28,500 nucleotides of DNA from Snowella sp. (GTDB lineage: Bacteria; Cyanobacteriota; Cyanobacteriia; Cyanobacteriales; Microcystaceae), in the NCBI GenBank assembly GCA_035285545.1, contig JAYKGY010000146.1, positions 1-28,500 on the forward strand, written 5' to 3'. Within the stretch, counting starts at the first letter, position 1. Each line of letters starts with the position of its first letter. This document shows, piece by piece, positions 7,804-17,005 of this stretch. A program made the position numbers and the translations under genes. Under the pieces are notes generated by a model, which did no database searches, was not told the origin of the DNA, and worked only from the letters and a program-made list of their open reading frames with translations.

Positions 7804-8397
7804 ATGCTTTGGCCCTATAAAACGCCTGGGATTACGGATAGTTTATTTGAACGTTTACCTGGAATTCCCCTGAGTAAACGAGAAGTTCGTCTTTTAATGA
7901 TTTCTGCACTGCGTTTGAAAGAAAATTCAGTGGTCTGGGATATTGGCGCAGGAACGGGAACGATCCCTATTGAATTAGCCCTACTGTGCCCTAAAAGCAC
8001 CATTATTGCCATTGAACGGGATGAAGAAGTTGCAGCCCTAATTCGTCATAACTGCGATCGCTTTGGGGTGAATAATGTACGAGTGGTCGAAGGTAGCGCA
8101 CCCGATTGTTTAGCGGATTTAAGCCCTCTGCCCGATCGCGTTTGCATTGAAGGCGGCCGACCCATCAAAGAAATTTTAAAGGCCATTTGGGGCTATTTGG
8201 AACCTGAAGGCCGTATTGTGGCCACCGCCAATAATCTAGAAACCCTGTATTTAATCTCTGAAGGATTGGCCGAACTACAAGCCCGCCAAATAGAAGTCGT
8301 ACAAGCAGGCGTTAATCGCTTAGAAACCAGAGGCATTCACCAAACCTTTGCGGCCCTTGATCCCAGCTTTATCCTAAGCGGAGAAAAATTAAACTAA
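7804..8397 (+). CDS. cbiT: Cobalt-precorrin-6B C15-methyltransferase (decarboxylating)
   Basis: PLSKREVR, SAM-binding WDIGAGTG, and GSAP motifs. Confidence 0.92.
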   Translation: MLWPYKTPGITDSLFERLPGIPLSKREVRLLMISALRLKENSVVWDIGAGTGTIPIELALLCPKSTIIAIERDEEVAALIRHNCDRFGVNNVRVVEGSAPDCLADLSPLPDRVCIEGGRPIKEILKAIWGYLEPEGRIVATANNLETLYLISEGLAELQARQIEVVQAGVNRLETRGIHQTFAALDPSFILSGEKLN

Positions 8398-8489
8398 TAA
8401 ACCCTTTTAGAGCGTGTCCTGATCCCTTAACCGTTATGATCAAGAGTATCCTTGCAGACGGATAGCGATATTAATTTGAGGAGTTGAGA

Positions 8490-8924
8490 ATGCTTCCCTT
8501 TGGTAAAACCCTGCCCGATGATACGACGAATCAATGGCGGTATCAGTTGGATCAATTTGTAAAAGCTCATCAGTCTCAATTGGCAGCCTTAACCTGGGGC
8601 TTCCGTCAGGAATGGGCCGATACGGATAATAGCTTGGGAATCGATCTCAAACCGCAACCCCATTTCATTAGTTGTTCAAGGGAAGCCTTGGAGAAGCTCA
8701 ATCACCAAGTTGATAACCAGCTTCAGGAAATTTTAGGTATCTTAGATGGGCATAATCCTGAAACAGAAGTCGTTATTATTGCGATTGGGGAAGGACAAGT
8801 TAAACTCATCCATTTTGAAGCGAATCCCTCACCGCCTGAGTGTTTTAAAAATTTCGGCGCAGATTTTGATGGTTTAATTGCAACCTTAGAAACGGAACTC
8901 CAACAAAAAGTAGCCTTAACTTAA
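8490..8924 (+). CDS. ccmS: Beta-carboxysome assembly chaperone CcmS
   Basis: WRYQLDQFVK...LAALTWG...GIDLKPQPHF...QEILGILDGHNPE...PSPPECF matches the recalled CcmS pattern. GAGGAG lies upstream of ATG 8490. Confidence 0.75.
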   Translation: MLPFGKTLPDDTTNQWRYQLDQFVKAHQSQLAALTWGFRQEWADTDNSLGIDLKPQPHFISCSREALEKLNHQVDNQLQEILGILDGHNPETEVVIIAIGEGQVKLIHFEANPSPPECFKNFGADFDGLIATLETELQQKVALT

Positions 8925-9063
8925 CGCTTGCTTCCCCTGCCTTCAGTTCTGTGGAGAGTTGAACAATACTGATAGGGGTAAAAACAAAGGATCTGCCTTT
9001 TTTCAGTCGTTTTCTGTCTCCCGATCCGCTAAACTCCAAAAATATTCAAGTTTATTTAAGCCA

Positions 9064-9357
9064 ATGTCAGATTTTAAAACCCAACTCACAGAAGAACTTG
9101 CCCCGATGGATTGGGAAACCCTCATTCCTCACGCCAAGCGGGATGCCATTATTGTGGTCGATGGTGCGTTGGATTTAGTCGAGGTCGGAGTCGCGATCGC
9201 AGAAGATAACACGGCGTTAGTCAAAAATTGGCTGAGTGAGTTATTGCTCCATAAACCCTCCCTAGAAGAACTCAACGACTGGAATGCCCAACCCGAAAAG
9301 CAATTTAATACCCTGATTGTGCAACCCTTTGTTCTGGTGTCGGCGATCGCTGATTAG
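9064..9357 (+). CDS. DUF2288 family protein
   Basis: WETLIPHAKRDAIIVV...LDLVEVGVAIAEDN...IVQPFVLV; ATG 9064 is the likely start. Confidence 0.85.
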   Translation: MSDFKTQLTEELAPMDWETLIPHAKRDAIIVVDGALDLVEVGVAIAEDNTALVKNWLSELLLHKPSLEELNDWNAQPEKQFNTLIVQPFVLVSAIAD

Positions 9358-9434
9358 TTGATTAATTTCTTGCAACGGCGAAAGATTGTTTAAAATTAAA
9401 CGTAATTGCAACCCATTCTATAGGTAACAAAATC

Positions 9435-9875
9435 ATGTTAACCTTACCCCAAACGACTTACGAGCAGGATTTTGCACTTTGGGTAGAACAGACCATTGGA
9501 TTGCTCAAGGCGCAAAACTATGATGCAGTCGATTGGGCAAATTTACTGGAGGAGATAGATGGATTGACTCGCAGTGATAGGAGAGAGCTAGAAAACCGTT
9601 TAATTACCTTGTTTGAACATGCTCTCAAACGTCGCTATGTTTCTCTGTCTGATTGTTATCGCGGTTGGGAGGTCATTTTACTGCGGACTCAACATGACAT
9701 AGCGCAGATTTTGCAAGATTCTCCCAGCTTACATAATTATTGTTTAGAAATCATCGACAAATGTTATCGAAAGGCTCTTAAATTTCTACGAAAAGAGTAT
9801 GATGCAACCTTTCCTGATGCGATTCCTTTCCCTCAAGAGATTGAGCCGTTACTAGACGAAGAATTTTGGCAATAA
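9435..9875 (+). CDS. DUF29 family protein
   Basis: YEQDFALW...DWANLLEEI...LFEHALK...LQDSPSL...FP; TAAAAT at 9391-9396 upstream. Confidence 0.9.
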   Translation: MLTLPQTTYEQDFALWVEQTIGLLKAQNYDAVDWANLLEEIDGLTRSDRRELENRLITLFEHALKRRYVSLSDCYRGWEVILLRTQHDIAQILQDSPSLHNYCLEIIDKCYRKALKFLRKEYDATFPDAIPFPQEIEPLLDEEFWQ

Positions 9876-9967
9876 ATGATAGCTAAACGGCTACCTGATT
9901 GGGAGAATTTAACCGATGCTGAAAAAGATTAATGATCAAATCTTGGCAATTGATCAAAATCCCCTAA
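9876..9967 (+). pseudogene. Possible decayed N-terminus of an IS66-type transposase/DUF6444-like protein
   Basis: MIAKRLPDWENLTDAEKD* continues in a shifted frame as LMIKSWQLI, resembling LPDLxxLSxxEKDALIxxLW N-termini (recall only). Confidence 0.3.
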
Positions 9968-10204
9968 AGGTAGATAGGATAAGCCGTTCAAGTTCAGAAA
10001 TGATGCGATCGCGTTATCGGTAAGCATAAGGACACTGGCCTTGCATGTTAGAATGGCCCGATGATCGGCAAATCGGTAGCCAGATAGCTTTGGAGATTTT
10101 AGATAGGCTTTTCTATTGAACATTCATAAGCTTTTTCCGTAATCTTGCCCCATAATTCCCGACCTCAAAAGTCGGAAGTTTTATTGTTTAATGAGGAAAT
10201 TAGC

Positions 10205-10342
10205 GTGGCCAAACGTCGTAATTTAAAGAAAGAAAAAGCTGAGCGGAACAGAGCCTATGCTCGTCAATTTCGTTCGGCCTCTACTCGTGGCATGAATAAA
10301 AGATCGTCAGGAACAAAAAGAAGACAGTCGTCCGCTGCATAA
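10205..10342 (+). CDS. Small, highly basic protein, 45 aa (MAKRRNLKKEKAERNRAYARQFRSASTRGMNKRSSGTKRRQSSAA)
   Basis: GTG start preceded by GAGG, an extended -10 upstream (10046-10054) and a terminator-like hairpin downstream. Confidence 0.7.
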   Translation: MAKRRNLKKEKAERNRAYARQFRSASTRGMNKRSSGTKRRQSSAA

Positions 10343-10420
10343 TTTTTCGTTATCACTTGCTTCAGTTAGCAGATATGAAACGATCTAAATTGAGCGTGTT
10401 TGCGAGTATTTTCAGCAATT

Positions 10421-10454
10421 CAGGGGTGGGCCAAGCCTGCCCTTGTTTCATTTT
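10421..10454 (+). terminator. Putative intrinsic terminator between the small basic gene and convergent clpS
   Basis: CAGGGGTGGGC-caa-GCCTGCCCTTG stem with G-U pairs, followed by TTTCATTTT. Confidence 0.55.
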
Positions 10455-10513
10455 CACGTAATTCTCGACGCTGTTTTCGAGCTTAACGGTTTTTTCTCGT
10501 CTATCCCATCGGT

Positions 10514-10840
10514 TTAAGCTGCTTCTAAAGGAGCCATCGTTAATCCTTCTCGCCGTAATTGTTGATGATACAATTCTGCTTGTTCTTGGGGCCCGACCCA
10601 GACAATAGCCTGCCCATCATGATGAACTTGATTGGTTAACTCCCAGGCGCGATCGCTCGTCATCCCCGGAATATATTTCAATAAACAATTGGCGACGTGG
10701 GGAAACGTATTAAAATCATCATTCAAAACAATGACCTTATAGTTGGGATAGGTCTTACGGATAACCGTGGTTGCGCGATCAGGCGTTGCCGTTGAAGTGG
10801 TCGCCACCACAGGCATAGAGACAAAGCGTTCCTGACTCAT
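10514..10840 (-). CDS. clpS: ATP-dependent Clp protease adaptor ClpS
   Basis: YKVIVLNDDFNTF...VHHDGQAIVW; alternative start ATG 10816. Confidence 0.93.
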   Translation of the reverse strand: MSQERFVSMPVVATTSTATPDRATTVIRKTYPNYKVIVLNDDFNTFPHVANCLLKYIPGMTSDRAWELTNQVHHDGQAIVWVGPQEQAELYHQQLRREGLTMAPLEAA

Positions 10841-11009
10841 ATAAGGCTAAAAGTTACAGATTTAACGTCAATTTGAATCTCGTCGTTAGTCTTAGTTTAG
10901 CGACTTCCTCGATCGACGTAAAGCGATCCCCCACCGCTTGGCAATTCTTCGGACTTAGGATACGCTCTAGCAAGTGGTGTGTAATTTATTAATCTTTAAG
11001 CTAATACCT

Positions 11010-11267
11010 ATGAAATCAGGACTGAAGTGGCTGAAATCCGTTCCATCTCCCTTTATATCTCCCCAAAAACGTTCCCTGGGATTTTTGCTAGAGTTCCTGT
11101 TAATGACCAGCGCGATCGCCCTATCCGCAGGCATCGGATTTGGTGCTGCCATCCGTTACAGTCAGCCTGATCAAACGAAACTGATTCGATCTGAACAATC
11201 CTTCCCGCCCCGACAGGATTGGCCCGTCTCCCCTGACCCATCCAGCACATCAAGTCAGAACCCCTAA
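11010..11267 (+). CDS. Small single-TM hypothetical protein
   Basis: Hydrophobic segment LLMTSAIALSAGIGFGAAIR followed by EQSFPPRQDWP; start uncertain. Confidence 0.55.
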   Translation: MKSGLKWLKSVPSPFISPQKRSLGFLLEFLLMTSAIALSAGIGFGAAIRYSQPDQTKLIRSEQSFPPRQDWPVSPDPSSTSSQNP

Positions 11268-11314
11268 GAACCGCGTTATAATTTGTAACAAAACTCATTG
11301 CAACCATCATCGTT

Positions 11315-11635
11315 ATGTCGAATCCAGTCCTTCATGCTTTCTTCTTAGGCCGTGCGTTTGCCGAAGTTCTCACCGAAAAAATCGAAGATAGCTTGACCAA
11401 TGCGTTAAGTGAATTAGGTAAATTCGATGCCGAGCAACGGGAAAATTTACGCCAATTTATCGAAGAAGTTCAAGCCAAAGCCTCCCAAGATGTTACTCAA
11501 GGAAATACGGCCATTTCCACAATTGATGGTTATGTCTCCCCCACTGACCTACAAGAAACCCTAGATAAATTACGGGCGGAAATTGCTAGCCTCAAAGTCG
11601 AACTCAAAATTTATCGAGACTCCCTCGTTTCTTAG
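11315..11635 (+). CDS. Conserved cyanobacterial coiled-coil protein (DUF6825-like), first gene of the kinase-phosphatase operon
   Basis: [19 protein letters not shown]...[21 protein letters not shown] at 11277-11282. Confidence 0.75.
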   Translation: MSNPVLHAFFLGRAFAEVLTEKIEDSLTNALSELGKFDAEQRENLRQFIEEVQAKASQDVTQGNTAISTIDGYVSPTDLQETLDKLRAEIASLKVELKIYRDSLVS

Positions 11636-11679
11636 GTTATTCTGCTGGGTCGTTCTGAAAACACTTATTCTCTTAACTT

Positions 11680-13440
11680 GTGTCTGCCTTAACTTCTAAT
11701 GTCGAGCAATCTGTCCCCCTTCTCCCCCTTGGTACTGTGCCAAGCAAACGCGTGACCCCTTTAGAGACAGAGAAACAATATCGCTGGAATCGAGAGAACT
11801 ATTCAATCCCACGCCGACGATTTGACATTTGGCGATTCGTCCTTATTTTGCTCTTTCAATTGTGGCTCAATGGCAAAAATTGGAGTTATCAAGGGGGATA
11901 CAGCGAAGAAAAATTAGCCCGCAGGCGAAAAAAACAAGCAATCTGGATTCGAGAGAGCTTACTCAACTTGGGGCCAACTTTTATTAAAACGGGGCAACTA
12001 TTTTCCACCCGTTCCGATATTTTTCCCGCTGAATACGTCTACGAACTCTCAAAGCTCCAAGACGAAGTTCCTGCCTTTAGTTATGAACAAACGGCGGCAA
12101 TTATTGAAAAGGAATTGGGAAAACCCCTTGCCGATCTGTTTCAAAGCTTTGATCCGATTCCCCTCGCAGCAGCCAGTTTAGGGCAGGTTCATAAAGCCCA
12201 ACTGCATACCGGCGAAGAAGTGGTCGTTAAAGTCCAACGTCCGGGCTTAAAACAACTCTTCACCATTGATCTTGCCATTCTGAAAAAAATTGCCCAATAT
12301 TTTCAAAATCATCCTAAATGGGGTAAGGGAAGAGATTGGATCGGTATTTATGAAGAATGTTGCCGTATTCTCTGGCAAGAAACCGATTACCTACGAGAAG
12401 GGCGTAATGCCGATACCTTTCGCCGTAACTTCCGCAATGCTAATTGGGTGAAAGTTCCCCGTGTGTATTGGCGTTATACTTCGACTCGCATTCTTACTCT
12501 GGAATATTTGCCCGGCATTAAGATTAGCCATTATGAAGCCTTAGAAGCCGCAGGATTAAGCCGTAAACAATTGGCAGAATTAAGTGCAAGGGCCTATTTA
12601 CAACAGTTATTAAATGATGGTTTTTTCCACGCCGATCCCCATCCAGGCAATTTAGCGGTTAAACCTGATGAGGGTGCGTTAATTTTTTACGACTTTGGCA
12701 TGATGGGAGAAATTACGCCCATTACCAAAGATAAGTTAATGGATACGCTTTTCGGGGTAGCGGAAAAAAATGCCGATCGCGTCGTTTCCTCTCTGGTTGA
12801 ACTCGGAGCATTAACCCCTGTAGAAGATATGGGGCCAGTGCGGCGGTCAATTCAATTTTTGCTGGATAACGTGATGGATAAACCCTTTGAGGAACAATCT
12901 ATTACCAAAATTAGTGATGATCTTTATGAAATCGCCTATGATCAGCCTTTCCGATTTCCAGCGACCTTTACCTTTGTGATGCGAGCTTTTTCTACCCTCG
13001 AAGGAGTCGGTAAGGGACTCGATCCCGATTTTAATTTCATGCAAGTCGCTCAACCCTTTGCAATGCAACTTATGACGAATATGAATAATGGCATTACCAA
13101 TAGCCTGTTTGATGAACTCGGACGGCAAGCGGCCCAGGTGGGCAACACGGCTTTAGGCTTACCCCGACGGATTGAAGATACCCTCGATAAGTTAGAAAAA
13201 GGTGATATTTTAATCCGCGCTCGTTCCTCGGAATCCGATCGACTGCTACGCCGTTTGAGTACGATGCAGCTAGGCACTAACTATACATTAATGATGAGTG
13301 CGTTACTGATTTCGGCAACCTTACTATTTGTCAACCAGTATGTTACCATTGCTGCTGTTGTGCTATTAATAGCAATAGCCCCTGGTTTTGCACTCTGGCA
13401 GTTAATGAAACGACTAGAACGACAAGACCGTAAATTCTAA
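11680..13440 (+). CDS. ABC1/UbiB/AarF atypical protein kinase (SpkI-like)
   Basis: LGPTFIKTGQ, AAASLGQVH, VVKVQRP, FFHADPHPGN and YDFGM motifs, plus C-terminal TM helices. Confidence 0.93.
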   Translation: MSALTSNVEQSVPLLPLGTVPSKRVTPLETEKQYRWNRENYSIPRRRFDIWRFVLILLFQLWLNGKNWSYQGGYSEEKLARRRKKQAIWIRESLLNLGPTFIKTGQLFSTRSDIFPAEYVYELSKLQDEVPAFSYEQTAAIIEKELGKPLADLFQSFDPIPLAAASLGQVHKAQLHTGEEVVVKVQRPGLKQLFTIDLAILKKIAQYFQNHPKWGKGRDWIGIYEECCRILWQETDYLREGRNADTFRRNFRNANWVKVPRVYWRYTSTRILTLEYLPGIKISHYEALEAAGLSRKQLAELSARAYLQQLLNDGFFHADPHPGNLAVKPDEGALIFYDFGMMGEITPITKDKLMDTLFGVAEKNADRVVSSLVELGALTPVEDMGPVRRSIQFLLDNVMDKPFEEQSITKISDDLYEIAYDQPFRFPATFTFVMRAFSTLEGVGKGLDPDFNFMQVAQPFAMQLMTNMNNGITNSLFDELGRQAAQVGNTALGLPRRIEDTLDKLEKGDILIRARSSESDRLLRRLSTMQLGTNYTLMMSALLISATLLFVNQYVTIAAVVLLIAIAPGFALWQLMKRLERQDRKF

Positions 13441-13475
13441 GGCGAAGAAAACGTTATTTTTAGGCTATTAGTCCC

Positions 13476-14222
13476 GTGCTAGAATTGAATTCCCCTACTG
13501 TCAGCCGCCGCTTTACTGGAAAGACTGATCCTGGCATTGTTCGATCCAGCAATCAGGATAGTTACTATATTGATCCATCAGGACGCTTTTTTATTGTGGC
13601 TGATGGCATGGGTGGCCATGCGGGGGGCCAGGAGGCCAGCGCGATCGCGACTAAATTGATTAGTCATTATCTAGAACAGGAATGGGAATCAGAAACCCCT
13701 TCCCCCCAGTTATTACAGAAAGCCTTATTGGAAGCTAATCAAGGAATCCTGAAAGATCAAGTCGCCCATCCCGAACGGGGAGATATGGGGACAACAGCCG
13801 TTATGATTGCCTTTCGTCATGATGGAGCCTGGCGGGCCCACATCGGAGATTCTCGGCTTTATTGTTTACGTAGTTCTGAATTACAGCAGGTGACGGAAGA
13901 TCATACCTGGATCGCTAGAGCCTTAAAAATGGGCGATATTGATCAAGAACAAGCCCGTATTCATCCTTGGCGACACGTTTTATTTCAATGCTTAGGTCGT
14001 CGAGATTTAAATCAAGTGGAAGTTGCTGCGTTAAAAGTCGATTCGGGGGATTTGTTTTTACTGTGTAGCGATGGCTTAACTGAAGAGGTGGAAGACGAAA
14101 TCATTTATGAGATTTTGCATTCTGACAAAACCTACGAAGAAATGGCCAATGAGTTAATTAATACCGCTAAAGCGGCGGGTGGCTCGGATAATATTACTGT
14201 TGTTCTGGTGGGTCAGGATTAG
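13476..14222 (+). CDS. pphA: PP2C/PPM Ser/Thr phosphatase (PphA-like)
   Basis: NQDS, VADGMGGH, MGTT, HIGDSR, LCSDGL and GGSDN motifs. Position after the ABC1 kinase matches the recalled Synechocystis arrangement. Confidence 0.82.
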   Translation: MLELNSPTVSRRFTGKTDPGIVRSSNQDSYYIDPSGRFFIVADGMGGHAGGQEASAIATKLISHYLEQEWESETPSPQLLQKALLEANQGILKDQVAHPERGDMGTTAVMIAFRHDGAWRAHIGDSRLYCLRSSELQQVTEDHTWIARALKMGDIDQEQARIHPWRHVLFQCLGRRDLNQVEVAALKVDSGDLFLLCSDGLTEEVEDEIIYEILHSDKTYEEMANELINTAKAAGGSDNITVVLVGQD

Positions 14223-14295
14223 CTTTTTAAGCGAGTCAATTTTTTGTAATCCCCAAACAGTTAACAATCAGCCTAAAAACGACGGGAGGTAACTG

Positions 14296-14574
14296 ATGGG
14301 ATATTTTATTCTAGGTTTGATTACCCTGGTTGTTTTGGGGTTTGTTTTTTTTAACAAACGGTCTTCAACCCGTCGTTATTCAGCAACTGTTCCCAAGCAC
14401 TCAGGAAAATCAGTTCCCAAACAAACTCAACGACAATTAGTGGCCATGGTGGGGGGCGATCGCCGAACAGTGAACCGTTTGTTGCAAGATTTACGTCTAA
14501 GACATCCGGGGGAGTCGGAAGCCTGGTATTGGGAAAAAGCGATTTTTGATCTCGAACGCGATCGCCGTTATTAG
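14296..14574 (+). CDS. Small membrane-anchored cyanobacterial protein
   Basis: GGAGG ribosome-binding site, N-terminal TM helix, and a C-terminal helical domain (GGDRRTVNRLL...WYWEKAIFDLERDR). Confidence 0.75.
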   Translation: MGYFILGLITLVVLGFVFFNKRSSTRRYSATVPKHSGKSVPKQTQRQLVAMVGGDRRTVNRLLQDLRLRHPGESEAWYWEKAIFDLERDRRY

Positions 14575-14677
14575 TCATTATTGATTCAATACGGGTCAGT
14601 CTTACCAATACTGCCAGGTTAGTTTGGGATCAGGCAAAAATCTCATCAGACCCTGCGCGATCGAGCAAAAGTTAATA

Positions 14678-14695
14678 ATTGTAATAAATTGTAAT
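14678..14695 (-). promoter_or_regulatory. HLR1-like (RpaB-type) direct repeat upstream of cpcG
   Basis: Minus strand ATTACAAT-TT-ATTACAAT against the HLR1 consensus (G/T)TTACA(T/A)(T/A)-N2-(G/T)TTACA(T/A)(T/A). Confidence 0.5.
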
Positions 14696-14778
14696 ATTCA
14701 GCCGTGTAGAGGCCCTTGCTCCTTTATCATTTTAGGATATCTTAATTTAAGCTTTTCTAAGATTACGGAGGTTTTAAC

Positions 14779-15528
14779 TTGGCTATTCCGCTTTTAGAGT
14801 ATGCGCCGAAAAGTCAAAATGTGCGCGTGGCAGGTTTTGAAGTACCTGGAGATGAAAATCCTGTTGCTTTCACCACCGAAGGCCTACCATCCCCATCCGA
14901 AATCGGCACTTTAATCGAAGCTGCTTACCGTCAAATTTTCTTCCATGCCTTTAAATGGGATCGAGAAAAAATTCTTGAATCCCAACTGCGGAATGGACAA
15001 ATTACTGTACGGGATTTTATTCGGGGGTTATTGCTCTCTAAGACTTACCGTTCCAGTTTTTATGATAAAAACAGTAACTATCGCTTTGTTGAGCACACTA
15101 TTCAAAAAGTGTTAGGACGCGAGCCTTACAACGAACGGGAAAAAATTGCATGGTCAATTGTCGTTGTGAACAAAGGAATTCAAGGTTTTGTTGATGAATT
15201 ACTCAATAGTGATGAATATTTGAGTAATTTCGGCTACGATACCGTTCCCTACCAACGTCGTCGCATTTTACCTGGCAGAGAATTAGGGGAACGTCCCTTT
15301 AATATCAAATCGCCCCGTTACGATGCTTACCACCGTCGTCAATTGGGCTTCCCTCAAATTGTTTGGCAAAACGAAGTTCGTCGTTTTATTCCCCAAGACA
15401 AACGAGTCCAAGCAGGCGATCCGCGCAATTTCTTAGATATGGCACGCAGCATTAACCCTGCTGGCAACCCTGTACCTAAAATCTCGGCCCTCAATATCAA
15501 TATTGAAGCCTCTGTCCCTCGCCGTTAA
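14779..15528 (+). CDS. cpcG: Phycobilisome rod-core linker CpcG (CpcG1 type, no hydrophobic C-terminus)
   Basis: [14 protein letters not shown]...AAYRQIFFH...[18 protein letters not shown]...VPYQRRR; GGAGG at 14767-14771 before the TTG start. Confidence 0.95.
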   Translation: MAIPLLEYAPKSQNVRVAGFEVPGDENPVAFTTEGLPSPSEIGTLIEAAYRQIFFHAFKWDREKILESQLRNGQITVRDFIRGLLLSKTYRSSFYDKNSNYRFVEHTIQKVLGREPYNEREKIAWSIVVVNKGIQGFVDELLNSDEYLSNFGYDTVPYQRRRILPGRELGERPFNIKSPRYDAYHRRQLGFPQIVWQNEVRRFIPQDKRVQAGDPRNFLDMARSINPAGNPVPKISALNINIEASVPRR

Positions 15529-15553
15529 TCATTATTAATCCAAGGCTTTATTC

Positions 15554-15625
15554 GGGAAAGCGATTGATTGGCAAGATGATTGGGTAATTAATTACTGAAT
15601 TATCTTGTGGATCGGTGGCTTTCCT
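15554..15625 (+). other. 72-nt gapless inverted repeat (long RNA stem) between convergent cpcG and narM
   Basis: 36 symmetric positions about 15589/15590: 26 Watson-Crick, 7 G-U and 3 G-G on the + strand (counted by hand). Confidence 0.8.
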
Positions 15626-15652
15626 TCATTGTTGTTAACGGTTGATTAACAC

Positions 15653-16099
15653 TTATTGAACTAAGCCAAATTCTTGTAAGGCGGGATAAAAATTATGATT
15701 TTCATGACTCGCTCGACTCAGTTTAATCAGGGCAAATCGTTGTAAATTCGTCAGCGATCGCCATTGAGAAACCGTTATCATTAAGCCATTTTCAGCCGCT
15801 TTGTCTTGTACGCTCCCAGGAAGTTGATCGGTATCCAACCAAGGGGGATTCGGAGCAATGTCTAACGCCTCCGCAGGATTACTGTTTTTTTCGGTAACTA
15901 ACGCCTGTAGGAATTGTCGATAATCTTCAATTTCGGTTGGTGTTGAACAGGGTTTTTGAACGAGAGCTTCTTTTTCTTCCCGACTCAACTGGTTCCAATG
16001 ATTTAATTTCAGTTTTATTCCACAAGTATCCAATTTATACCTGACCAACATCGGAATACAGCGCAACGTATCAGTAAAATCCTGCTCAAATTTAAACAT
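15653..16099 (-). CDS. narM: Nitrate reductase-associated/maturation protein
   Basis: FKFEQDFTDTLRCIPMLVRYKLDTCGIKLKL...LQRFALIKLSRASHENHNF...EFGL. Confidence 0.85.
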   Translation of the reverse strand: MFKFEQDFTDTLRCIPMLVRYKLDTCGIKLKLNHWNQLSREEKEALVQKPCSTPTEIEDYRQFLQALVTEKNSNPAEALDIAPNPPWLDTDQLPGSVQDKAAENGLMITVSQWRSLTNLQRFALIKLSRASHENHNFYPALQEFGLVQ

Positions 16100-16158
16100 A
16101 ATGATCTGCCATCAAAAATTGCTCAATTTAATTTAATTATTGAATTAATTCATCGAAA

Positions 16159-16938
16159 TCAATGGCTCTCTGAGGCAGACGTTTTATAGTAGTAAATATC
16201 CGGTGCAGCGCGTTTTAATAAAGCCAAAGATAAGGTTAACCATACATAACCTACCGCATAGCCCGCTAAAATATCACTCCCCCAGTGAACTCGACAATAA
16301 ACACTACTTAAACCAATTAACGCAACCCAAAAGATCGCCCCTAGATAAATATATTTTTTAAGAGGGGGAAACTGCGTCGAAAAAACAAAGGCAAGATAAA
16401 AATAAAAAACGACACTGCCGGCAGAATGACCACTGGGAAAACTTCTTCCATCCACCTCAACTAAACTGGCAAATGCTTCTGAAAAAGATCCGGGACGAAT
16501 GCGATTGAAAATCGGTTTCAGAATTTGATCAATCAGTAAGAGAATCCCTAGGGAGGCAAAGGCTAAATATTTCGCTTCTTCCCAATATCGTTTCCAAATA
16601 AAAAACCCTAACGCCCCCAAAACCATAAATGCGGTTACATGGGCCCCCGTTAAAATATAAATCCCTTTCAAAATCACACCAATATTAGCCGGAATAACCG
16701 TATGTAACCATGTCAAAAATTGAATATCCGGGGGAACTTCTCTGGTTCCTTCTAATTGGGGGCCAATAATACTAATGGCAATAATAATAACCAGACAAAT
16801 AAAAAAGGGAACCTTGCCGATAAGTTTAATAAAAGCAATTTTATTGTGTTGGTCAGTAAGCTTCATTAAGAATGGGCCAATGATATTGAGTAAAAAAATA
16901 TTAACATACTTAAGGGACTGGCTTCTTTTGGAAACCAT
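16159..16938 (-). CDS. PAP2 family membrane phosphatase
   Basis: KPIFNRIRP, SFPSGHS and SVYCRVHWGSD motifs; start may be ATG 16866. Confidence 0.88.
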   Translation of the reverse strand: MVSKRSQSLKYVNIFLLNIIGPFLMKLTDQHNKIAFIKLIGKVPFFICLVIIIAISIIGPQLEGTREVPPDIQFLTWLHTVIPANIGVILKGIYILTGAHVTAFMVLGALGFFIWKRYWEEAKYLAFASLGILLLIDQILKPIFNRIRPGSFSEAFASLVEVDGRSFPSGHSAGSVVFYFYLAFVFSTQFPPLKKYIYLGAIFWVALIGLSSVYCRVHWGSDILAGYAVGYVWLTLSLALLKRAAPDIYYYKTSASESH

Positions 16939-17005
16939 TTTGAAGGAAAATGCTTAAAATCGTCGGTTTTAGTTTAAATTTTCAAAAAATCTTGTCTTGA
17001 TAAGA

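Noticed and set aside
9929..10123. 64-aa minus-strand ORF
   Set aside because: No family features, and it overlaps the putative promoter/leader of the small basic gene.
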